From positions 2,503,811 to 2,567,810 of the forward strand of contig OZ241865.1 of NCBI GenBank assembly GCA_965203275.1: a DNA stretch of 64,000 nucleotides, read 5' to 3'. This stretch comes from Bdellovibrionales bacterium (GTDB lineage: Bacteria; Bdellovibrionota; Bdellovibrionia; Bdellovibrionales; JAUICD01). The notes under the pieces were generated by a model that was not told the origin of the DNA, searched no databases, and saw only the letters and a program-made list of their open reading frames with translations. This document shows, in pieces, positions 18,760-28,816 of the stretch (the stretch's first letter is position 1; each line of letters starts with the position of its first letter). The position numbers and the translations under genes are program-made.

Positions 18760-19218
18760 GTTTCAACCTCACAATCCCCTCACAATTCCTATTTATCTTA
18801 ATAGATCAATCACATCATTTAACTTTATATTAAACACAACGCCACAACGCCTTTTGATGTACTACAGATCATCATATTTGTCAAATAAAATATAAGTGTG
18901 ACAAAAAAAGAAGCTATTTACATTTAAAAGAGAATATAATGCACTTTAAAACAACTAAAACACTTTTTGAAGGTGTACAAAGAAAAAGAAATACTTCACT
19001 ATTCATTTGTCAATTTTATTTTTTGCAGGCAAGGCAAGGCAAGGCAGAATGTTTTATTTATAGTACTGATCTGTTATTTTATGCTCCTCAAAAAGGTCGC
19101 TTGACAAGCCTGCTTAAAAAGAGGTATTTAAAAAAGTACTGTACTAAAATTATACTCAAACTGTATTAATTAAAATAAAAGAATCTAAGACATAAGAAAG
19201 TAGGGATCATCTATACCA

Positions 19219-21012
19219 ATGACTCTCACAGGCTTGATTTTTTTACCTTTTATTTTTGCCATTAGCTTATTGCTAATCCCTAGCCGTTACCAAAAGCTGA
19301 TCCCTTGGATAGCCCTTGCTTTTGCTACCATTGAGTTTTTCTATTCTCTTGGTATTTTATCCCATTTTGATAAATACACAGCTGATCTGCAAATGGTAGA
19401 ACACACCCCTTGGATCAGCTCTTTGGGCATCTCTTACTTTATTGGCATTGATGGCATTTCCCTTCCTCTGGTGATCCTCACAACCTTTATTTTGCCTTTT
19501 ATGATCTTAGGTAGCTTTTCCACTATAAAAGATCGCAGTTTTTATTTTCATCTTTTAGTTTTAGAATCTCTTATGTTGGGTAGCTTTTTAGCTATGGACG
19601 CTATTTTATTTTACACCTTTTTTGAGTCTTCTCTGATCCCCATGTATTTTTTGATGGGTCTTTGGGGAGGTCCAAGGCGTATTTATGCTTCTGTGAAGTT
19701 TTTTATATTCACTATGTTTGGTTCTGTTTTTATGTTAGTTGCTATTATTGCTATGATGTTTGCTGTTCAAACGCAGCTAGGTACTTTAAGTGCTAATATT
19801 TTAGATTTTTATCAAATAGAAATTCCTTTTATCCTTAATATCATTTCAAGCCCTCAAACTTTAATGTTTCTAGCTTTTTCACTGGCTTTTGCTATTAAGG
19901 TACCACTTTTCCCTCTACATACATGGCTACCAGATGCCCACGTGGAAGCTCCTACAGCAGGTTCTGTGGTGTTAGCAAGTATCATGCTGAAGATGGGAGG
20001 TTACGGCTTGATCAGATGGGTGATCCCGCTTTTTCCTCAAGCGACTGAAAACTTAGGATGGATATTTTTAGTCTTAGGAGTGATTGGCATTATTTATGGA
20101 GCTTGTGTGGCTATGGTGCAAACAGATATTAAAAAGCTAGTTGCTTATTCATCTGTCTCTCACATGGGTTATGTGATTGTTGGTCTATTTGCTTTAAATA
20201 TTTATGGCTTCACTGGTGGTTTTTATCAAATGCTCAATCATGGGATCAGCACAGGGGCTTTATTTTTACTTGTAGGGATCATTTATGAAAGAACAAAAAC
20301 AAGAGATATTCAAAGTTATGGGGGGTTAGCTTCTGCTATGCCTTTGTATGCCATAGCTTTCTTTATTATAACACTCTCTAGTATTGCAGTACCTGGAACA
20401 AATGGCTTTATTGGGGAATTATTAATTTTACTAGGTGTGTTTACAGCTCATAAGGGGATAGGTATTTTAGCTGTCTTAGGTGTGATTTTAGGGGCAGTGT
20501 ACATGCTGTGGATGTTTAAGGCTGTCTTTTTTGGAAAACAAACTGCCTTAGTGAAAAAGCTCACAAAAGGCCATGAGAGAAAGGACTTACACTTAAGAGA
20601 GATCATCTTGCTTTTACCCTTTGTGATTTTGGTATTTTGGATGGGGATCTTTCCTCAGACCTTTTTAAGTTATTCCCAAGCAAGTTTAGATCATTTAGTC
20701 CATCATCAAAAAACATACACATTGACTGTCCCAGGTAATGTACTTAAAAATCAATCGCCTCTTTTAGAAAGAGAAAATATAACAGAAGAAACCATACCCA
20801 ACATAACACCTACAGAGCCACCCACAGAGGATTCTCCAACAGAGTTACTTAAAGCTAAAGCAACAGAAGATAAAGCAACAGTAAAGCAAGATGCCATCAA
20901 AGCACAAGAGCCAACAACAGCAGATACAATATCAGAAACACAACAGTCTTTAGATGAAGGGCAAATAAAAAAGCAACTACCAGAAAAAGCACCTACAACA
21001 CAAGAACAATAA
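19219..21012 (+). CDS. nuoM: NADH-quinone oxidoreductase subunit M with low-complexity C-terminal extension
   Basis: PLHTWLPDAHVEAPTAGS, LKMGGYG and LVAYSSVSHMG motifs. Confidence 0.96.
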   Translation: MTLTGLIFLPFIFAISLLLIPSRYQKLIPWIALAFATIEFFYSLGILSHFDKYTADLQMVEHTPWISSLGISYFIGIDGISLPLVILTTFILPFMILGSFSTIKDRSFYFHLLVLESLMLGSFLAMDAILFYTFFESSLIPMYFLMGLWGGPRRIYASVKFFIFTMFGSVFMLVAIIAMMFAVQTQLGTLSANILDFYQIEIPFILNIISSPQTLMFLAFSLAFAIKVPLFPLHTWLPDAHVEAPTAGSVVLASIMLKMGGYGLIRWVIPLFPQATENLGWIFLVLGVIGIIYGACVAMVQTDIKKLVAYSSVSHMGYVIVGLFALNIYGFTGGFYQMLNHGISTGALFLLVGIIYERTKTRDIQSYGGLASAMPLYAIAFFIITLSSIAVPGTNGFIGELLILLGVFTAHKGIGILAVLGVILGAVYMLWMFKAVFFGKQTALVKKLTKGHERKDLHLREIILLLPFVILVFWMGIFPQTFLSYSQASLDHLVHHQKTYTLTVPGNVLKNQSPLLERENITEETIPNITPTEPPTEDSPTELLKAKATEDKATVKQDAIKAQEPTTADTISETQQSLDEGQIKKQLPEKAPTTQEQ

Positions 21013-21027
21013 ACATAGAGGATTGAA

Positions 21028-22500
21028 ATGAATATTCCTACTTTTTTAGATTTATGGTTAGTGGTTCCCTTTTTGATTGTATTGATCACAAGTATTTTTT
21101 GTTTAAGTTCTAAGCTGTGGAGCTGGAAGAGGAGTCAAGATTCATTTGTGATTTTTTGGCAGGCTTTATTTGGGGTTGGCTTTGCTCTTGCATTTTTGGT
21201 TTTTTTAAAAAGTAGCTTTCCTGATAGCACATTGATTTTTTCTGATACACTTGTTTTTGATGGTTTATCTTATTATGGGAGTGTATTTATTCTTTTTATT
21301 GTGGTGGGTGTTTTGTGTTTATCTCAGGGTCATCCTGCTTTAAAGCAACAGTTTATAGAACATCTTTTTTTAATTTTAAATGCTGTGATAGGTCTGTGGA
21401 TTTTAATTTGGTCGAACCATTTGATTGTGTCTTTTGTAGGTATAGAGCTGATGTCATTGGCTTTTTATTTGCTGGCAGGTTTAAGTTTAGAGCAGAAACT
21501 CTCCAAAGAAGCTGCCTTTAAATATTTTATTTTAGGGAGTTTAGCTTCTGCTATTTTATTATACGGGATTGCCCTTATTTATGGGTCGGTCAATAGTTTG
21601 TTGATTTCTGATTTTGTGCAGGCATCTTCTTTTTTAATGGAAGATCCTTTATTTTTAATTGGCTTGATTTTATTGATATGTGGGCTTTTCTTTAAAATAT
21701 CGCTCTTTCCCTTTCATGCATGGACAGCCGATGTTTATCAGGGTTCACCAACCCCTGTAACAGCCTTTCTTTCCACAGCAGGTAAGTTAGCTCCTTTTGT
21801 GTTGTTGTTGCGTGTAGCAGCCACTGGTGTATTTGCATCTTCTGTGACCTTGATGGATTTAATGCAGTGGCTTGCTGTGTTGACTATGTTGGTGGGGAAT
21901 ATAGCAGCTCTTCGGCAGACAAACCTTAAGAGGATTTTAGCTTATTCTAGCGTTGCTCATTCTGGATACATTATGTTAGGGGTGATAGCATTGAGTTTAG
22001 ATTCCTCTCAGGGGATGGGGGCAGCGGGGGTGTTATTTTACTTTTTAGCTTACAGTTTAATGAATATCGGTGCTTTTGCCTTTGTCTGTTTGCTTGAATC
22101 TTCAGAGCAAACTTTAGTCACTATGGATTCTATTAAGGGTTTATCATATAAGAGGCCTTATATGGCTTTAGCTTTGGCTGTTTGTTTATTGAGTTTAGCT
22201 GGCATCCCTCCCACAGCTGGCTTTTTTGGAAAGTTTTATATTTTTGCAGCAGCTTTAAATCAAGGGCTGGTGTGGTTAGTGGTGTGGGCAGTGATCAATT
22301 CTGTGATCAGCATATATTATTATTTACGGCCTATTTTATATATTTATATGATGGAGCCAGACAAGTCAGTTAAGGTGCATCCAGATATTTTAGTTAAATA
22401 TTTGTTATTATCTTCTGCTAGCTTGATTTTAATTTTGGGTATTTTTGCTGATGGGGTAGTTCGTCAAATAGCAACAGCTATGTCTGTGGTCTTTCAATAG
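21028..22500 (+). CDS. nuoN: NADH-quinone oxidoreductase subunit N
   Basis: EAAFKYFILG, PFHAW..DVYQG, KRILAYSSVAHSGY and SLAGIPP motifs. Confidence 0.96.
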   Translation: MNIPTFLDLWLVVPFLIVLITSIFCLSSKLWSWKRSQDSFVIFWQALFGVGFALAFLVFLKSSFPDSTLIFSDTLVFDGLSYYGSVFILFIVVGVLCLSQGHPALKQQFIEHLFLILNAVIGLWILIWSNHLIVSFVGIELMSLAFYLLAGLSLEQKLSKEAAFKYFILGSLASAILLYGIALIYGSVNSLLISDFVQASSFLMEDPLFLIGLILLICGLFFKISLFPFHAWTADVYQGSPTPVTAFLSTAGKLAPFVLLLRVAATGVFASSVTLMDLMQWLAVLTMLVGNIAALRQTNLKRILAYSSVAHSGYIMLGVIALSLDSSQGMGAAGVLFYFLAYSLMNIGAFAFVCLLESSEQTLVTMDSIKGLSYKRPYMALALAVCLLSLAGIPPTAGFFGKFYIFAAALNQGLVWLVVWAVINSVISIYYYLRPILYIYMMEPDKSVKVHPDILVKYLLLSSASLILILGIFADGVVRQIATAMSVVFQ

Positions 22501-22517
22501 GCTGCTGTTCCGTTTGG

Positions 22518-23064
22518 TTCACTAAAAGTAAACCAACCTCTGGTTGCTTTTGGGCGATGACCACGATGGCTTTCGCCATCGATAAAATGGTCATCACCTC
22601 AAAAGTCCGTTTACTTTTAGTAGGAGGATCCCTTCGTTTTTTTACACAATGTTAAGGAAAAAGTTCCTTCATCAAGGCTGGCTACCTCAAAAGCTTGTTC
22701 AATTTTAGGAAGGAGGATGTCCTCATTTCTTAACAGCATGTTAAGGAAAAAGATTTCCTTCTGATGTTTGCTCTGACAGCTATCGCTGTCCAAAAAGAGC
22801 AATGCCACAAAAAACTGCTCATTTTGAGTAGAGAGGATATCCTCGTTTTCTAACACGATGTTAGGGAAACAGAGTTTTATTCGCAAACTGCTTGCTCTTG
22901 AGGCAATAAAAGAATTTTTCCCTAACATGGTGTAGAGGAATAAAAAGATCCTCCTCTACTCAAAATAAATGAATTTTCTAGGCAGTTAGCCTTTGATCGA
23001 CGGCAGTAGCCGTCGGGCTAACTGCCAGAAAACATGCCAGAGGCATGATTTATTTTGAGTGAAA
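22518..23064. repeat. Structured repeat cluster 4 (composite with inverted outer units)
   Basis: Starts ttcactaaaag, ends ttttgagtgaaa. Confidence 0.95.
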
Positions 23065-23079
23065 AAAATGCAATAATCT

Positions 23080-23355
23080 TTAGCCTAAGTTATTTAGTTT
23101 TTTCTGTATTTCTCGTATTTTGTTCTCTGTGGACTCTGTGATTTTTGCAATGGTTGAAATATCCATGTTATTTTTAAGCATTTTTAAGATAATATCTTGC
23201 TTTCCTTCTTCTCTACCTTCTTGCTTTCCTTCTTGCCTACCTTCTTGCCTACCTTCTTCTCTGCCTTTCTCTTGGCCAATCTGAATGCCTTCCTCTCGGC
23301 CAATCTGAATGCCTTTTTTCATAGTTCCTTCTATGGTAAAATCAAATGCTTCCAT
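23080..23355 (-). CDS. Putative separately translated small Rpn C-terminal protein (RpnS-like, 91 aa)
   Basis: Internal GGAGGAG RBS followed by aagatatt-ATG (MEAFDFTIEG...) just before the GR/KxE repeats. Confidence 0.6.
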   Translation of the reverse strand: MEAFDFTIEGTMKKGIQIGREEGIQIGQEKGREEGRQEGRQEGKQEGREEGKQDIILKMLKNNMDISTIAKITESTENKIREIQKKLNNLG

Positions 23356-23692
23356 AATATCTTCTCCTCCTAATTGTTGGGTCACTTCTTGTGAAGCTGA
23401 TTGAACAACTTCTTTGTTTAACTGATTATTGTACTGATAAGAATAAGTCATCGCTTTAGTGATGAGTTCTATTATATACTCTTTATCGGTACTTTTCGAC
23501 ACTTTTTTCACAAATGAAAAGAATTTTATGAAAAAATCATGCTGTTCCTTTGTGCTTTTTCTACTATCTAAAGACCAAATACCCTGAAATAAATGCAAAA
23601 TAGGACTGATCATTGAACCTTTTGCCTTTGATTCTGTATCATAAACCGATAGATCAAATGGTACATAAGAAAAATTCATAAGGTAAGGAGCT

Positions 23693-24064
23693 GTTTCACT
23701 CAAAGTGAACTGACCTCTGGTCACTTTCTGGCGATGACCACGACGGCTCACGCCGTCGATAAAATGGTCATCGCCTAGAAAGCCTGTTCACTTTGAGTAA
23801 GGAGTATCCCTTCCTCTCTTAACAATATGTTAAGGAAACAAGCTGTCTCTTAACATAATGTTAAGGCAAAAATGTTTCATTTGCAAGCTACTTGCTCTTA
23901 AGGCAATAAAAGGACTTTTTCCTTAACATGATGTAAAGGAATAAAAAGATCCTCCTCTACTCAAAATAAATGGATTTTCTAGGTAGTTAGCCTTTGATCG
24001 ACGGTGGTAGCCGTCGGGCTAACTGCCAGAAAACATGCCAGAGGCATGATTTATTTTGAGTGAA
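23693..24064. mobile_element. MITE/REPIN-like composite of two inverted structured units inside the rpn gene (cluster 5)
   Basis: gtttcactcaaag...spacer...ttttgagtgaa separates two halves of one gene. Confidence 0.8.
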
Positions 24065-24255
24065 TCAAACAAGGTTTAAAAAGGCTGATATGTTCTCTAC
24101 ACTTTCAAAAAACCTCTTGAAAGACAGGTCATGGACATGGGCTTGAGAAATAGCTTGTTGCTCTTCTTTTTGAGCTTGATTCTTAAGATGGTTCTTTTTC
24201 ATTTGATTCATTTTGCATAGAATAAACATATCTTGATGGAATGTCAAACACATTT

Positions 24256-24402
24256 GTTTCACTAAAAGTGGTCTGACCTCTGGTCACTTTCTGGCGATGA
24301 CCACGATGGCTTTCGCCATCGATAAAATGGTCATCGCCTAGAAAGCTTGACCACTTTTAGTAGGAAGAATCTCTTCGTCTCTTAACACCATGTTAAGGAA
24401 AA
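24256..24402 (-). ncRNA. Reference single structured unit (cluster 6); candidate structured RNA or ssDNA
   Basis: P1 24261-24273/24349-24361; P2 24274-24286; P3 24287-24303/24328-24345; P4 24304-24321; terminal hairpin ttaaca-cca-tgttaa; expression not shown. Confidence 0.5.
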
Positions 24403-24424
24403 ATCCCTTCTTACACCTACCTGC

Positions 24425-24513
24425 CTGATTGCCGGATCCCGGATCCCAGATCCCAGATCCCGGATGCCAGATCCTAGATCCCGGATCCTGGATCCTGGAT
24501 GCTGGATCTGGGA
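24425..24513. repeat. Heptamer satellite (gatcccg/gatccca/gatcctg)
   Basis: About 12 imperfect 7-nt units. Confidence 0.92.
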
Positions 24514-24689
24514 TGAACACAATATTAAGGCGTTTGTTTTACTCACTGTATAATATAACAGGCTATTGACTATTTCTTAGACATTCAAACTCTCTTTATT
24601 TGGACTTTCGGTAAAAGGCATAATCTTTGCAACAGATTTATGTAAGGGTTTTTAATTTTATTGGGGTTTATTTTTTAGGGGAGGACTTT

Positions 24690-26546
24690 ATGTCTAAGAA
24701 TCTTTTAGTCTATACAAATCATTTGAAAGTACATCAACAAGCATTTCAACACAGATCATGGGTTTATTTTCTATCTTTGTTTATTTTATTGGCTTCTTTT
24801 TTTGTAAGTCCAAATATAGCATGGAGTCAGACGCCACTAAGTAGATGTCAGCGACTCAGCAACCGCATAGCTAGTGCAATATCATTGCCTTGTGAAAATT
24901 GGTTTCAGGGTGGCACTCGAAGGTCAATAAATCAAAATATGCGATTCTTATTAAACGAATGTGGGGATGACAACTCTAACAACTATCATGCTACCTACTA
25001 CCAAAATGAAATAGGCGAAAAAAACGAAGAGTGTTCTGAAAGAACAGCTGACGCAGAAGATGCAGGGAGTGCATCAGCAGGTGGAAATGAAGCATCAGAA
25101 CCTCCTCCAATCCTTACTACACCTATCCCAGGTGTAGATTCAAGGAGGACTCTACCACCTGTTTGTAGTGTACAAGAATCAATAGAAGAATTTAAAACAA
25201 AATACAATGAAATAAAAGAAAAAAGCGAGAAATGTTTTGATAAAGAAGATAGTGGTGGCTTCTGTTCAGCTACTGCTGCTCTTTTTTCACAGGGGGCTAT
25301 TGAGGCTTTAAGAGCAGCTTTTAAAGATCCAGGCGAGAGTCAACTTGAAATGTGTAAAAAGGTCAAAAGATTCAATAAATGGACAGCTGCTATTAATGGC
25401 GGTATAACTACAACATGTGCTATTTCATTAAGTAAATGTGTGAGAACTTGCAATGGAGTTAAAAGAGAGGCAGAGGAGCTTAAACAAGAAATAGAAGTTA
25501 GGGAATCAGAGATAAGAGAAAGATGTAGGACTACTACAGATACAGCTGCAACATTGAACCAAGCACTGGATGCATTTATCAATTTTGTTCACAGTAGAAG
25601 ACTTTTGCCTAATTTAGAAAATATAATAGGTGATACAAGTGAAGTTGCTCGGAGTTGTTCTGCCCAAAGGACAAAATATATTGCAGTTGGCTCTATGCAA
25701 GCTCTCCGTAATATTACAGCCATCAGAGCCACAGGTAAATGTAAAGACATTGAAAATCCAACACCGACACCAACACCAACACCTTCCCAAACCCCTGTGT
25801 GTGAACCAGGAACAGAAGCTAATGAGCGACTACAACGTAATCCAATAGCTTATCAACAAGCCTGTGGCGACGGACCAGGACCAGAAAGAACACCAATACC
25901 AAAACCTACTATAAATACAGGTGGTGGTCATATCACAGGCACAGGAGGACCAAATGCTCTAACTCAAGGAGCTATCCCTGGATTTGATCCAGATCATCAT
26001 ATTGACCCTGACGATCCCCTCAATGAAAAAAGCGATGGAGATCCTAGTAAGAAGGGTAAGGCAGACTTCTTCAAGGGACCAGGTGCAGGTAGTGGTAATA
26101 GAGGCAGTAGCGGTAGAGCATCCAGAAGTGGCGGCGGAGGCGGTGGCTTCGGTGGCGGAGGCGGTGGCTTCGGCGGAGGCGGTGGCTTTGGAGGCGGAGG
26201 TGGCGGATCCGGTCCAGGAGCAGAAGAAGGCGAAGATGAAGGAATCTATGAAAATCCCCCAGGCGAAGATATTCTTGGTGAACTCCCAGGAGGCCGACCT
26301 GGAGGAGTAGGAGGCTTTGGTGGCTCATCAGGCTATGGTGGCAGAGGCTCTGGAAGAGGAAGATCTAATAAAAGATCTCCACGGTTCCCTTTATCTCTCC
26401 TTAAGAAAAAAGGACCACTTAAGAGAACCTTAGCAGGTGTTTCTACCAAAGAAAATCAAATCACACCAGCTAATGGCTTGACGAACTTTCAAAAAGTCTC
26501 AAGAACCATGAACGAAAAAAGAAGAACAATATTTAAAGAGCAGTAA
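24690..26546 (+). CDS. Secreted Cys-rich protein with Pro/Thr and Gly-rich regions
   Basis: GGAGG RBS before ATG 24690; hydrophobic signal; many Cys; GGGGF repeats. Confidence 0.8.
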   Translation: MSKNLLVYTNHLKVHQQAFQHRSWVYFLSLFILLASFFVSPNIAWSQTPLSRCQRLSNRIASAISLPCENWFQGGTRRSINQNMRFLLNECGDDNSNNYHATYYQNEIGEKNEECSERTADAEDAGSASAGGNEASEPPPILTTPIPGVDSRRTLPPVCSVQESIEEFKTKYNEIKEKSEKCFDKEDSGGFCSATAALFSQGAIEALRAAFKDPGESQLEMCKKVKRFNKWTAAINGGITTTCAISLSKCVRTCNGVKREAEELKQEIEVRESEIRERCRTTTDTAATLNQALDAFINFVHSRRLLPNLENIIGDTSEVARSCSAQRTKYIAVGSMQALRNITAIRATGKCKDIENPTPTPTPTPSQTPVCEPGTEANERLQRNPIAYQQACGDGPGPERTPIPKPTINTGGGHITGTGGPNALTQGAIPGFDPDHHIDPDDPLNEKSDGDPSKKGKADFFKGPGAGSGNRGSSGRASRSGGGGGGFGGGGGGFGGGGGFGGGGGGSGPGAEEGEDEGIYENPPGEDILGELPGGRPGGVGGFGGSSGYGGRGSGRGRSNKRSPRFPLSLLKKKGPLKRTLAGVSTKENQITPANGLTNFQKVSRTMNEKRRTIFKEQ

Positions 26547-26609
26547 AAGGTTCAAGTCGCATAAAATCTCTTGGACTTATAGTGAGTGAAAACACTGAAA
26601 CTTTAAAGG

Positions 26610-27953
26610 ATGACGATTATGAAGAAAAATTATTTGAAAATAAGTATTTTATTTATCGGGATATGGTTGTTGCCTTTGAGTTTTAGTGTAGCTAATGGTG
26701 ATGGTGGAATAGATCAAGAATGGCTGAATGACAAAGCAAAAAATAAAGTTTCTGATTCAGATAGTATGTACAGCATTGCAGAAAAAACACGTAACCTTAC
26801 AAATGTTGCTATAATGAAGGGTAGTGTTTTTATGAGGATCAAGTGTCCGGGGGGTTGGGCAGATTGGCAAAATGCTCCTGATTGCTTAAACACTGCACGC
26901 CAAATACTTAAGGCCGAAAATACACGAATGATCACAAATAAAATCGCAGATGACTTAGAAGATCATTTTGACTATGGCACTGTTTCAGCCAAAAAACCTG
27001 GCGATATGACAGATAAGCAATTCTTCATAAGACAAAATGAAAATGCATATGCTAGATATCTGGAAAGACAACGAAAAGGTATTGTACATCTACCAACAAA
27101 TGCAGGAAATACAGGTGATAGAGTTGAGGTAGGAGGCAGAATAACTCCAGGATCTACTGGAGGTAGTGGAGCTCAGTTTGGAGATACAGGATCTACTGGA
27201 GGTAGTGGAGCTCAGTTTGGAGATACAGGATCTGCCGGAGGTGGTGGACCTCAGTTTAGAGACACAGGATCTACTGGAGGTGGTGGACCTCAGTTTAGAG
27301 ACACAGGATCTACCAGAGGTGCAATTGGTAAATATAATCGCCAAAGAACAGCGGCAATAAATAAAGCTGTTGACCAGGAAATGGAAGCGAGAGTTAAACA
27401 GGCTGAAGCTATTATTGCCAAGGCAGAAGAAAAGGGCTATAGGTACAATCCTAAAAACAACACTATCACAGGTCCTGATGGAAAAGTCGTCAAACCTTCT
27501 AAAACACCAAAACTGACTAAAAAACAACAAAAGAAATTATTCAAACAAGCTCAGGATGAAATTGCTCAAATTAAGAAAAAGGCAGGTCTGGCATTTGATC
27601 GTCGTTATCCTGCCCTTCCTACAGCTCAAAAATTTAAGAATATCAATCAATACAAATGGAAAGCCCCTAACTTTAAGCATCTTGTCAAATCACTCGATCA
27701 ACAACAAAAAGGCACATCATCATACTCCCCAAATACCCATGCTCATCGGCAAATAGCTACTGTCAGTCACCCTTACGATCTGGGTGAAAATGCTTTAGTG
27801 ACAAGGGAAGGAAACTTTTTAGAAGATCTTCCGACAAGACCATACGGCAAACATGAGATTGGAGCAGCATCTAATAATATATTTGAGATGATCCATAGAC
27901 GTTATATCAAAGAGTCTATTTCATTAGATTCACTAAAAGGTTTGTCTCACTAA
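26610..27953 (+). CDS. Secreted hypothetical protein with 13-aa Gly-rich repeats
   Basis: Signal peptide; C-terminal IGAASNNIFEMIHRRY resembles the neighbour's ITPANGLTNFQKVSR; stop lies in a repeat stub. Confidence 0.8.
   Translation: MTIMKKNYLKISILFIGIWLLPLSFSVANGDGGIDQEWLNDKAKNKVSDSDSMYSIAEKTRNLTNVAIMKGSVFMRIKCPGGWADWQNAPDCLNTARQILKAENTRMITNKIADDLEDHFDYGTVSAKKPGDMTDKQFFIRQNENAYARYLERQRKGIVHLPTNAGNTGDRVEVGGRITPGSTGGSGAQFGDTGSTGGSGAQFGDTGSAGGGGPQFRDTGSTGGGGPQFRDTGSTRGAIGKYNRQRTAAINKAVDQEMEARVKQAEAIIAKAEEKGYRYNPKNNTITGPDGKVVKPSKTPKLTKKQQKKLFKQAQDEIAQIKKKAGLAFDRRYPALPTAQKFKNINQYKWKAPNFKHLVKSLDQQQKGTSSYSPNTHAHRQIATVSHPYDLGENALVTREGNFLEDLPTRPYGKHEIGAASNNIFEMIHRRYIKESISLDSLKGLSH
27148..27313 (+). 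repeat. 39-nt intragenic tandem repeat, about 4.3 copies
   Basis: caggatctactggaggt...gagata/gagaca units (TGSTGGSGAQFGD). Confidence 0.92.
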
Positions 27954-28803
27954 AAGTGGTTGGCTCACTAAAAGTGGTCTGACCTCTGGTCACTTTCTAG
28001 CGATGACCACGACGGCTCTCGCCGTCGATAAAATGGTCATCACCTAGAAAGCTTGACCACTTTTAGTAAGGAGGATCTCCTCGTCCTTAACCACATGTTA
28101 GGGAAAAAGTTTCTTCCTACACCTTTTGGCTCTCGCCGTCGATCAAAGGCTGATTGCCTCAAAAATCCGGTTTGGTTCACTCAAAATGAGCCACACCTCT
28201 GGTGTGTTTTTGGGCATTGCTCTGACAGCTTACGCTGTCTAAAAAGAGCAATACCTCAAAAAACTGCTCATTTTGAGTAGAAAGGATCTCTTCGTTTTTT
28301 AACACGATGTTAAGGAAAAATTTCCTTCTTACACCTATCGGCCTGATTGCCAGATCCCGGGTTGTTTCACTCAAAGTGAACTAGCCTCTGGCTACTTTTG
28401 GACGATGACCGCAAAGGCTTTTGCCATTGGCAAAATGGTCATTGTCTCAAAAGCCTGTTCACTTTGAGTAGGGAGGATCTCTTCGTTTCTTAACACCATG
28501 TTAAGGAAAACATCCTTCTAATCGTTCCTCACATCCCTTTAATATTCTTTTACTTGAGGCAATAAAAACACTTTTTCCTTAACATCGTGTAAAGGAATAA
28601 AAGGATCCTTCTCTACTCAAAATAAACAAGCTTTTGAGGTAGCCAGCCTTTTGTGACGGCGAAAGCCGTCTGGCTGGCTACCCAAAAGTGGCCAGAGGCC
28701 AGTTTATTTTGAGTGAAATGTTAAGGAAACAAGATGTTTATTTCATCCCGGGATCTGATGCCAGGTTGCCAGATCCCGGGATCCCGGGTTCCCAGATCCC
28801 AGA
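27929..28803. repeat. Structured repeat cluster 7 with heptamers
   Basis: Stacked tcactaaaag stubs at 27929-27975, several full units. Confidence 0.95.
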
Positions 28804-28816
28804 CTTATTGTAAGCA

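Larger units (their letters stand above)
23080..24211 (-). pseudogene. Rpn-family (YhgA-like/Transposase_31) nuclease, interrupted and internally deleted
   Basis: N-terminal HDLSFKRFF fragment at about 24066-24211; C-terminal half (PFDLS...GIQIGREEG...IAKITE) at 23080-23692; repeat composite in between; PD-(D/E)xK core not found. Confidence 0.82.

Noticed and set aside
22617..22928. Short ORFs inside repeat clusters (also 24338-24520, 28053-28374, 41866-42090, 52298-52665, 58105-58311, 58667-58870, 59296-59517)
   Set aside because: Translations of palindromic repeat DNA with no coding signal; frames not conserved between copies
23693..23751. N-terminus MSRRGHRQKV of ORF 23080-23751
   Set aside because: Encoded by the inserted repeat, not part of the Rpn protein
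24378..24400. dif/XerD arm or integron attC (ttaac...atgttaag)
   Set aside because: Only a short partial match; no XerC arm, no GTTRRRY/RYYYAAC cassette pattern, no integrase
24256..24402. Hammerhead ribozyme (stem followed by GAAAC)
   Set aside because: No CUGANGA core at the required position on either strand
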